Of a stretch of DNA of 64,000 nucleotides, positions 54,128 through 64,000 are shown piece by piece. Both the position numbers and the translations under genes were made by a program. The stretch is taken from assembly GCF_036321535.1 (NCBI RefSeq), contig NC_087437.1, forward strand, positions 102,178,001 through 102,242,000, written 5' to 3'. Position 1 is the stretch's first letter; each line of letters starts with the position of its first letter. A model generated the notes under the pieces. The model worked only from the letters and a program-made list of their open reading frames with translations, was not told the origin of the DNA and ran no database searches. This DNA is from Camelus dromedarius (taxonomy: Eukaryota).

Positions 54128-54803
54128 CATATTCTTTAAATAGGCTTCTCCTACCCATGTTATTTATAGTGCTGATAGGTCTTAGAACCTGACTTTGAAT
54201 GTTGTTTCATTTCACTCACCAATTTCAACCTTTTTCTTGTTCTTATATCTTTCTGGCTTACTAATCAGCCAGTATTATCTCTACATCTAAATTATTTATT
54301 CCTGTTTCTATGTTGACCCTTCTCTTTCTTTCCTAAGAAAATGTTCTTACTTAACTTGTACTACATGAACCACAGCTGTGGGCAAAAATACTTTACTCTC
54401 CCTAACAAAGTGTGTGGCCGGTCCTTTCTCCATCTTCCAGAAGAATAGAACCTTAAAGACTAGAGCCCTGGGCTAGAATCTTAAACTTTAATATTGTGTC
54501 TTCCTACACACAAGCAAAATGCAACAACAGTATTGCCCATCTTTGTCTCTTCTATTTTAATATTACTTTTTCACTTGTACTTTGTTTCTTTCCAATAATC
54601 ATTTCAAGGCTTTCATTGAGTCATCTATGGGTTCCCCTTTACCCTCTCTCTTGAGAAAGTTATGGATCATGCTGGTGTAAGGGAGGAGAGATGCCTGCCC
54701 ATCTTACAGTTCTTGTGCTGGACTCCAAGCAGGTGTACTTCAGCCTGTCTAGTGACTGGCCATCACATGCTAGAATGAGCTGACACCTGTCTGGTCCTGC
54801 CTC

Positions 54804-54902
54804 TGTGTGTGTGTGTGTGTGTGTATGAGAGAGAGACAGAGAGAGACAGAGAGACAGAGAGACAGACAGAGAGAGAGAGAGAGGGAGAGAGAGAGAGAGA
54901 GA
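54804..54902. repeat. (TG)n-(GA/GACA)n microsatellite
   Basis: Seen directly. Confidence 0.95.
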
Positions 54903-57234
54903 TTGAACTGCAGCTAATACTTAAAAAAGACCTCTGATAAATACTAATATTAGTACTAATACTGAGACCTCTACTTTAGATGCTATTTGAGATCCACTTT
55001 TTTTTTAAAAATACATCAGGCACTATTGTTACATCTGTTCTCTGAGAACATTTTAAAACCAGGGTACCCTTGGCACTTATGGGCTTGTTTTTTCTCCCCA
55101 GGTTGGTGTGAGTAGGAATCTATCTGTTGTTCTCTAGACCTCCTGCCTAAATACTCTTGTTACAGCTTTTTTTTTTTTTTCCCCCTAATGTAGAGCTTTA
55201 GCAGGACAGTAGTTGGCATACTGGATACCAAATGTCTCTAAGACCTTGAACACTTCCAAGATTATGGTCTTGGAGTCAAGGAAAAAGAGCCCCTTCTGTG
55301 GGATTTACACAGCCTCCCCTGGATATGTCTGAAACACACTCCCATCACCCAAAAGCAGAGTGTTGACAGAAATCTCTGGGTGAGTGTGTACATTTGGAAG
55401 GGAAATGATATGGAGCAATTAAGATATTTATCCCTTGTCTTCAATTCCTTTGTCTGCTTCTGTTCTACCTGATACTGGAAGGGCCTTCTGCTCATTTCTG
55501 TCTGATGGGAATCTATTATTTTCTCTCCCACTGTAGCTCCATTACTTTATCTGCATTGTGAATGGTGGTGGAGTAAAAGTCTGTATTACCCAGAAAGGAA
55601 AATACAAGGGAAATATTTTTTAAATGCCCTTATACATCTTTAATGAAGAGTAGTAATTGTTTATATGAGGGAAGTAAAAAGGCTATAAGAATTTCTAAGA
55701 TGATGTCTTATTTTGGACTTAATGTAGTAAAAAAAATACAACAAATATGTGTAAAGCTAAAGTAAGGAAACGGGAAAAAAAAAAGTGAAACAAATCTGAC
55801 CAAACTACTGGAAAAATAGTTTAGTTAGTTTTTTCATTATAAAAATGTAGAAGAGGAATTTATTTTCTACCAAATGAGTTCAGCTGCCACTGACTCAATT
55901 TTATTAATGAAATTTTACACAACTTTAGAATTATACATTAATAAGTAAATTAGAATTATATATGCTTCATGACTGTTGAACTTTGTACAAAACAGAATTT
56001 ATAAAATTCAACTTGAACACTCACACCATTATTTCTGCTATTTTGGGTAGATAGAAAAACTAAACCAGATGTACATTGATTTTTAAATTTTCATTTTTAT
56101 TCTCAAAGAGCAAGCAATTGAAATTTACTGTGGCAGCAGTAAAAATAACTTCATTGATGAATATTAATCAAAAGATCATGTATTAGTATAAGGATTTTAT
56201 TATAATATTTTTTGGTCAGCATATCTTAAATGGAATTCTATGAGCTGGTCCTGCTTCTGCAGACTTACTCAAATGTTAGAGCAAAAATAAGCTAACCTGC
56301 TTTAATAAATGATGTGCATCTCTCTCATATATTAAAATTTGAGCATTGCTATTGGTCAAATTCAAAAAAGTAAATAAAAATTGTAAGTATAAATATTTCA
56401 CTTCACTTCTTAGTTTATCCCAGTGTAAGATAAATTTACTTTTTAACTAGACAGGAACAGCTCTCTACTTATTTATCTCCTGGTAAGCCTGGATGTTTTG
56501 TTCTGTCTCCTGGTTATGGTAAGATAAGTCTCATAGCTAATAATTTATAATAAGCTGTTTAATATTGAAAACTTCCCTTGTGGCACCTGGGGCAATCTTG
56601 CTTATTGGTAGCTCACAGCTGGTATAACCGTTTAGAGAGTCTGGTTTGGCCACATGGTGAAGGATGTAAACATCCCAATGGGAAACTTTGGTGGGACATC
56701 TCCCCAAATCAAGATTCTTTACACATGTATCAGTGGTCTTCTCCAGAGACAAAGCGAATTCTACATAACTAAAGAAAGGACTTTGGAGAGCTGCTCTTGG
56801 AAGTCTTTCTGGCCCCCAATGCTTGACTATGCTTTCTTTCTCCTGCTCTACTGTACATTAGAATGTTGAGTAAGATGCATGCTCTTATTACTGTCTCTTC
56901 TTAATTCTGTTGGTAGTCACCTCTGCATTCTTAACAGTATGCTAATATCTCAGGTTATCAAACTCAAATAGTGGTCTTTCTTAAACTAACCCCCGAAATA
57001 CATTACATACTTTTGTTGTTTTCATATTGCTTAATCTGTCACTTTTAGACAGTATCTCATTATCACAATGTAAAATAAGTGCTTCTACACTCTCGTCTAT
57101 TTCCAAATAGTTTTATCTTCCAGCTTACAGCAATGATTTTATTTTCTGTAGGTTTTCAGTCTATAACACTTATATTTTGAGATGATAGGTTCTGATGAGT
57201 TGTGTAAGTATAAGTAAAATGAAATTGTCTTTGT

Positions 57235-57628
57235 CTAATGGAGGGAGGCTGCTGCCCTTCCCCTTACTAGAATGTTCTTTGAAAATACAATAGGCTCAAT
57301 TATAAGTTCAATTTTTAAACTACACTCCAAGATCGTAGGTCTCTGACTGTTGGGATTATAAACACATACTCTGAAATTTATTAGGAATCTCTCACCAGTT
57401 TTATAAGAGACTATCAAAACATGCAACCATTTGTCTCTTAAGGAGATAAGAAAAGTTTCAGTTAATCTTTCTTTCTATATTAGTATATAAACTTGTGAGA
57501 AATTTTGTCCAGACTTTGTAGTCTCTAAGTGTAATCTGATTTCATACTCAATAATAAATTGTATTTTCTCCCTTCCATATTGGTATGGAGAACTCTTTCT
57601 GTTGGTAGGATATTTTATTTCCCTCACA
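57235..57628 (+). mobile_element. Old ERV1-type LTR 3' part (MER89/MER110-like; family uncertain)
   Basis: TATA-like 'tagtatataaac', 'aataataaattgtattttctc' and terminus 'tattttatttccctcaca'. Confidence 0.5.
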
Positions 57629-58030
57629 GTTGTCTGTCTACAAGTTGATTCTAAAAATTAAAATCCAATGCACAGTGCTTACAAATTTATGATTATATAA
57701 ATCTTATTATCCTCCAAGAAGATTGATAGGAAGGAATGGATGATATATTTTGAAGTCATTAAAACTGTCCAATTTGAATAAGAATGTGAGAGGCATCAAG
57801 TTGAAATGAATTATCTATGCATAGTACACAATTGCTCTTGAAAATTTATGTCACAGATTGCATCATAATTGGAACATGACTTTGATAGATTTTGTTTTAC
57901 CTAGAGTATGCAATAACCTTTTTTCACTTCTATAAAAAATATGTGTAACTATTTTATAAATAAACACACTGAGTATCTTATTTCATACCACATGTGTGTT
58001 GTATGTTGTATGTTGTAGAATGTTGGATCG

Positions 58031-58584
58031 TGAAGGGGTTCGGAGTATGGCACCAGAAAATATGCCCCTTTGGCAGGAGGGATTATTTTGAGCTGGAGTC
58101 AGATGAGAATCAACAGATGCAGGAATCTGAAGCCTTCCCAGAGCTTCCCATACCTCAATAAAGTAGAAACTTCTAATAAATTAGGAATGCTATAAATCTC
58201 CTCTCTTGGGGAAGTTTTACAACCATGAAGAAGACAAAGGAGGCACTGAGATGGACCTGTACAAACAAACCTCACTTCGTTAATGTACCCATATATTTAC
58301 CCTCCCACAACTTGCCACCCTTAAAAGCCTAAACTCCTTTTATGTTGCCAGGCCACTTCTCTATAAATGTATTGTTCTTTTTTCAAGGTGCTTTTTAGAC
58401 TCAGTTTCTAACCCCTGCTTTTAGTTATTCATCACTAAGGTTTCTCTTGTGTGACAGATGCTGTAGATATTAACAAACTCTGTCCTTCTCTTGTTAATCT
58501 GTCTTTTGTCAATCTAATTTGCAAAGCCCCAGCCAGAGAACCTAGGAAAATAGAGGGAAAAAGTTAAGTTTTTCCTCTCCCATG
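58031..58584 (+). mobile_element. Solo ERV1 LTR (MER34-like)
   Basis: Starts tgaaggggttcggagtatggcaccagaaaatatgcccctttggcaggagggattattttgagctg and ends 'gaacctaggaaaatagaggg..ttttcctctccc'. Same family as 31234-31726. Confidence 0.8.
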
Positions 58585-58610
58585 ATCTTCAAATTATCAG
58601 CAACACAAAC

Positions 58611-59484
58611 TGTTGATAAGAGAAAACTGACTTTATTGCTCACCAAGGTACGGAGAGCAATGTTTCTGTAGAGCTTGGACAGCGTCTTGGAGTGAGAGGC
58701 AAGATCAGAATTTATGGGTAATTGGAGATTTGGTTTAAGGTAACACTTCCAATACTGGTAAGCTTGATTAGAATTGGGTAAGAATCATGATATAGTACTC
58801 TTGGATTGGTGGAAAATGCAATGTGAGGATTTTGAGACAGGATATCCAAGGAATCTTAGGATACAAGCAGTCTGTTTATGCTTTCCATTAAAGAATTGAT
58901 GGATCTTTCAGGAAGTTTCATAATGAACAATCAAATCATCTGCTGGGGCTACAGACTCCCAGAGAAGTACAGTGATGTTAATAAAGACAGTGAAATAGCT
59001 AAATCAATGTTATTATGATATTATGGGCTGAATCCCACTAAAATTCATATGTTGAAATCCTGACCCCCATTATCTCAGAGATACGGCCTTTACATAGGTG
59101 ATTAAGGTAAAATGAAGTCAAATGGATCCTAGTCCAGTCTAGCAAGTGTCCTTTTAAGAACAGGAAATTTGGATACAGATATGTTCACACATAAGATAAA
59201 GATCACATGAAGAAATGGAGAAGTCAGCTATCTATAAACCAGGGAGAGGGGTCTCAGAATGATATCAATCCTGCTGACACCATTATTTCAGACTTCTAGT
59301 CTCTGAAACTTCTCAGTGAAGTCTGTACTCAACCTTCCTACTCTGAGTTTCAATTGTTTAAGCCACCCCAACAATGGTATTTGTTACAGTAATCCTAGAA
59401 GACTGATAACTATAGGTAAATGGGTGTAGGTAGTTTCAGTCCTCTGTGTTCAGGCCAAATGTGTGGAAAGAGTTTCACTTCTCA
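58611..59484 (-). mobile_element. LTR-like element interrupted by MLT1
   Basis: TG (58611)...CA (59484) bounds and a minus-strand AATAAA near 58632. Family not identified. Confidence 0.45.
59019..59410 (+). mobile_element. MaLR LTR (MLT1A/B-like)
   Basis: 'tatgggctgaat..aaattcatatgttgaaatcctgacccc', 'caatcctgctgacacc..ttcagacttctagtctctgaaact' and 'ttgtttaagccacccc..tggtatttgttacagtaatcctagaagactgata'. Confidence 0.85.
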
Positions 59485-62209
59485 AGGTGTATATTTTCTT
59501 TGCAGTGTGTTCCCAGTTTCGGCCTACTGTTTATCATCTCTGTTGTATGTCTATTTACTGGAGTTAATTTTCATGTTGGTAACATACACCCACAGATAAT
59601 ATTTTTCAAAATTTCTAAATGAAGTATTTGCCTATGTAAATTTTGTCTAATCTTATATTTGATTTGTATTTATTTGGTATCAAATCTCTATTCTATTTTA
59701 TTTCTCCTTATAATACTGTTCCCTTGTTTCTAACACTTACTACATAAGGAAAATTTGATGTCCGTTTAATGAAAATCTATATATACAGACATGTACGTAT
59801 TCTTTATGCTTTATGTTCTAAAAATCTTTCACTATACCTGGTGATTATTAGTTATGTGTTCATAATTATAGATATTGTTCTTAACTGTGACTGTTTATTA
59901 AAATCATTCATCAGGGGAGTTTTTAATGGATAACAGGACCCAATAGATTAGAATTTCTGGCTCAAGGACCTCTTAACCATATTCTAACTATTTTCTGAAT
60001 GATTACAGGTTTGCTGGGAAAATACAAACATATATACATACATAAAATCTTTTGTGATAGTTCTTTCTTCTGAATTTGAGAGGCAGTTTGATATTTTGTG
60101 TTTGTAGGAATGGTGTTTCCAGTAGCAAGACTAATATTAGGGCCATGTTCACAATGATGACTTCTAGAATCAACCAAAAATTCAAAAAGGAAGATGGTGG
60201 ATTTACTTTGGCCTTATTAAAACTATGCTAGAATATCTAGTCCTTTCTAAACAGATCATCCCACTTTTTGAAAGCATTGCTCTAGCAGTCATGCTGCACT
60301 GCCAATGATCACAACCTGTGGGTGAAATTAAAAGGTGGGGAAGAGTAACTGGCAACATTTCAGCCGTTGACGTAACCTTCCGTTAATACCATTCTCTGTT
60401 ATGCATTGCATCTCTCCCTCCTCTCTGTTCCAACCTTTGAGCTTCTCTGGGCTGCTCCTGGAGCAAACAGTGCTACCGCAACCTTTTCCTATGTGTGCAT
60501 TGGACCACGACTCCTTCCGCTGTCTTTGATGTAGCACTTAAGTTTCCATCTGCTTCTCATTTTCTAAGCATGTGTCAAAATTTCTGTAACAACAACTATT
60601 TCCTTTGCTTCTTTCTCTGTGTAATATTTTACTTTTTTTTCCCATAAGGAATCATCAGAGGGAGATAAGAGACATATACTTAATACATAGATATAGATAT
60701 TGATACCATTCACATTACGACTTCTTTTCACTTGTGTAAGAGTACAAGGCTATAGGAAAGAGTACAAGGCTGTAGGTAAAAGCTGTTAAGACAATAAAAT
60801 AAAGCTATACTTACACAGTATTTATCCAGACACCTGTGTGGATTTATTTATATGCACGTTTTTGAAATTCAGGGTCAAAATTTCTTTATTAAGAATTAAA
60901 AAAAAAGAAATTTAAACATTGTAATCTGTCGTCCTCCAATTTTCAACTTCAGTGTTTTCCTTTTCCACTCATTTTATGAAAATATGCCATATAACTAGGC
61001 TGGATTCACTTTGTCACTATATCCTTGCTGATGAGGGATTTCTTCTCTCATGATTTCATCACCTATCCGTTCATGAATAATTTTCAAAAACTTAACTCTC
61101 ATATTTAGACAGATTTCTTGCAGTGCAACACCTCATCGCCTGCACTGCAGGGTACTTTGCCTGCCTTACGCATCAGGTTGTGTATATCAAAGATAGAATT
61201 TTACATTCATTTCAAATGCCTCAGTATTCTGCTGAGTCATTACAAACGTGTAGAGAGCTTCCATGCCTGGGCTTTTATTAAATTAAAACAGCTTTTCTTT
61301 TTCTGGGTTTGTCTGTTTTGTTTTGTTTTGTTTTGTTTGTATATCAATTATGGTGAAACTAAATTTAGGATACAATGTGCCCTATGACTAAAAGAACTAT
61401 AATATTTGAAAAGAAATGGGTTAGTTTCATTTTCAGTAGAGAATAAAGGGCATCTGCTTACTTCTGTATGACTCAAACATACTTTCAAAATGTTAACTCC
61501 TGATATATTGGAGAATATTTGGAATAAGTATCTAGGATGTTTACAGCAATCAAGTCTGAAAATCTGTGGGATTTCCTCAAAAACAAGGTTAGGCAAATGA
61601 AAAACCCACATCCATCTGGGACAAAAGTTTATAATTAAAGATAGAGTGCCAAAAGCCTGTGGGGGGGGGTGTGGGAAGCTGGGGAGAGAATTTCTTTGGG
61701 AAATTAGAGCATTCAAAAGTGCCCATGTATACTGGGGAATTTTGAAAATCACATGCATGCCCAAAGTAGGACACATGCTCAGAAAACACCTACAAATACA
61801 CTAAGCTTTCCCCTGTGGCTAATTTCTAGGCACAAGGCAAACAGGATATGAAGACTAAGGCACAATTTTAGTTGGCCTGGCTAAGTGTTGAAGGACTGCC
61901 CCATGACTTAGCCAAGCTGCAAAGACTGGGAGAGTTTTTTTTTTTCTTTTTTTTCCCCTTCATTTCCATCTCCTGTTCTCCTCTCCCTCGTGCTCCACCC
62001 CACCCCTACCCGTGCATCTTAGCATTTAAGAAAATGTCAAAACACTAGCTAAACACAAACTTAAGGAAAAGTAAAGTCAGAGATCACATATGATAAAGAA
62101 TACTGGCTTACACCTTATAAACAGAAGACAAACAATCCAATTTAAAAGTGGACAAAGGTTGTATGTAGACATTTCTCCAGAGAAAATATGTAAATGGCTT
62201 ACAATACAT

Positions 62210-62602
62210 TGTCACAAACCAAACTGCACACTGAATAAAAATTTGGAAAGAACAGAAAGGTGAATTTATTGCAAAGCTTTTACCCTGCAAACTGGGAAAC
62301 TCAAAGCTATGGAAGCAGTGAATCCAAATTGCTCACAGACTGAAGTTTTTTAATGGGATAAATACAGAAATTATTTGGCTTTTTCTGCTGATTGGTTGTT
62401 TGGTGGTCTTTCTTACTTGGATCAGGGTACGTGAGTCAAGGGAACAAGGAAACGCATGGTTGAATGGGCTGATGTCCTCTGATGATATCTGAGAAGAGCC
62501 GTACATTCCTGTAACACTATGTTAAGTATCATTTATGCACCTGTGTTGATTGTTTCCATTTTGTCCTTAACATAAGTGACCCCGTTTCAGACTGGTTTTA
62601 CA
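62210..62602 (-). mobile_element. Solo LTR (ERV1-type) inserted in L1
   Basis: TG...CA ends with 4-bp TSD acat (62206-62209, 62603-62606). The L1 sequence resumes exactly. Confidence 0.8.
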
Positions 62603-63011
62603 ACATGAAAAGATGTTGGACATCAGTGATTAGGGAAATGTAAATTAAAACCACAAGGTGCCACTTTTTACTGACTAGGATGGCTGTAACCAAAAAGAAA
62701 AGAAGGAAGGAAGGAGGGAGTCTAGAAAGAAGAAAGGTAAGTAGGTAGGTAGGTAGGGAAGGGAAGGAAGAGGAAGGTAAGGGGAAAATGAGAAAAGAAA
62801 AATGACTGCTGATGACTATGTGGAGAAATGGGATCTCTTCATACATCGCTGGTAGGAATGTAAAATGGTTCAGCTACTATGAAAAACAATTTGGTAGTTT
62901 CTCAAAATATAGTTAAACACAGAATTATCATATGACCCCATGATTCTACTTAAATACCCAAAGAAATAAAAACAGATTCTCAAACAAGTCCATGCACACA
63001 TATGTTCATTG

Positions 63012-63890
63012 TGTTAGCAGATAGCAGGACCCCTAAATTAGGAAGCCCACCAAAGTGTGGGTCCTTGCTGCTGGCTGTGAAAGAATTTGCACAGCAAAGG
63101 CAGAGGAATGAAGTGAACAGCTGCTTTATTGCTCAGAAGGGGAAATGGAGGGAAAGTGCTCCAGGAGGGAGAAGGAAAGAAAAGTGCTTGAGCCAGGAGG
63201 CTTCAGACAGAATGGGTGGTAGAGACAGCTCCAACCTGGGTTGGACCACGTGGACTTTTATAAGAGGCATCTGCCATCATATTCTCCTTCCAGGTGTGAT
63301 GCAGCCAATCAGTCCTTGTATGGGCTTTTCCCATTGTTGTCATGGTAACTGTCAATTATCATGACACTGGTGGGCGTGTCATTTAGCATGCTAATACATT
63401 ACAATTATTATATAACGCGGCTTAAGGTCCACTGGAAGTCAAATCCTCCATCATCTTGGGCATTGGTTCTAATCTAACCAGTTCTTTTTTTTTCTCATTG
63501 CAACTGCCTCCTGAGACTTAAATAAGAGTAATCAATCAGTTTCTAGTTGAGGGAGGGGCAGAAGTACGATCCCGGGGGCAACAGCCTTGTTAACAATAAG
63601 AAAAGTTTCTTTTAATCAGAATGCCTGCAGTCTGGTGGACCCAGCATTACACCAAAAGAAAAAAAAAATCACCAAAGATTCTGTTCAGCTGTGAAAGTTT
63701 TTTAAAGGGAAATGAAGGAATAATCTGAGTTAATCATTGGGATAGGTGGTCAGAGTCCTTACCATCCCCCAGTGCCTGCAGGCTTGTCCTAATCAACTGC
63801 TTGAGCCTGCTCTTCTGTGACTCAGGGATTTTCTGTAAACAAGAGGCAGGGGTTGGTTGCGAGGTGCCCACAAGGTCCTGCTTGGAATCA
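63012..63890 (-). mobile_element. Solo LTR (ERV1-type, ~880 bp) inserted in L1
   Basis: TG...CA ends with 4-bp TSD attg (63008-63011, 63891-63894). Minus-strand AATAAA near 63125. LTR-typical 'catggtaactgtc..atgacactggtgggcgtgtcatttagcatgctaat'. Confidence 0.82.
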
Positions 63891-64000
63891 ATTGTAGCAC
63901 TATTCACAACAGCCTAAAGGTAGAAGCAACTCAAACGTCCACCAACAGATGAATGGGTATGAAGTTATGATATATAGGAGTATTATTGAACCATCTAAAG

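Larger units (their letters stand above)
61500..64000 (+). mobile_element. Old L1 (L1MB/L1M4-like): 5'UTR-like part joined to ORF2 3' end, interrupted by two LTRs
   Basis: The ORF2 3' text ('aaacaatccaatttaaaagtggacaaagg', 'catcagtgattagggaaatgtaaattaaaaccacaag', 'ggtaggaatgtaaaatggttcagctact', 'gtagcactattcacaacagcc') is continuous across both LTR insertions. The identity of 61500-62110 as a 5'UTR is less certain. Confidence 0.75.

Noticed and set aside
61348..61789. 142-aa and 66-aa minus-strand ORFs
   Set aside because: They overlap L1-derived sequence and have no recognisable protein similarity.
1..64000. CRISPR arrays, operons or other prokaryotic/viral systems
   Set aside because: No repeat-spacer arrays or dense coding. 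The sequence is mammalian repeat-rich non-coding DNA.

Overview
This is an AT-rich, gene-poor mammalian window, very probably camelid (alpaca, llama or camel). The assignment rests on two Vic-1-type tRNA-derived SINEs and camelid-type L1 3' ends. I see no intact protein-coding gene or convincing host exon. Most ORF-track entries are spurious or decayed L1 ORF2 pieces. The window is a mosaic of L1s of several ages, MIR/L2 relics, ERV1/MaLR LTRs (clustered at 56-64 kb), Tigger/hAT/mariner-type MITEs and microsatellites. The only cellular-gene-derived sequence is an intronless C-terminal RMDN1 fragment (13750-14096, minus). The best oddities are: (1) the RMDN1 copy has no poly(A) or TSD, joins a truncated MER82 through a microhomology, and keeps an open frame; (2) a TSD-bounded, internally deleted old L1 has a 5'UTR that forms the only CpG island, with CTCF (core plus upstream module), NRF1-like and splice-donor motifs; (3) there is a clean L1 3' transduction; (4) two inserts are unassigned. 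Repeat subfamily names come from recalled consensus sequences, not a database search. I find no evidence for a wholly new biological system.
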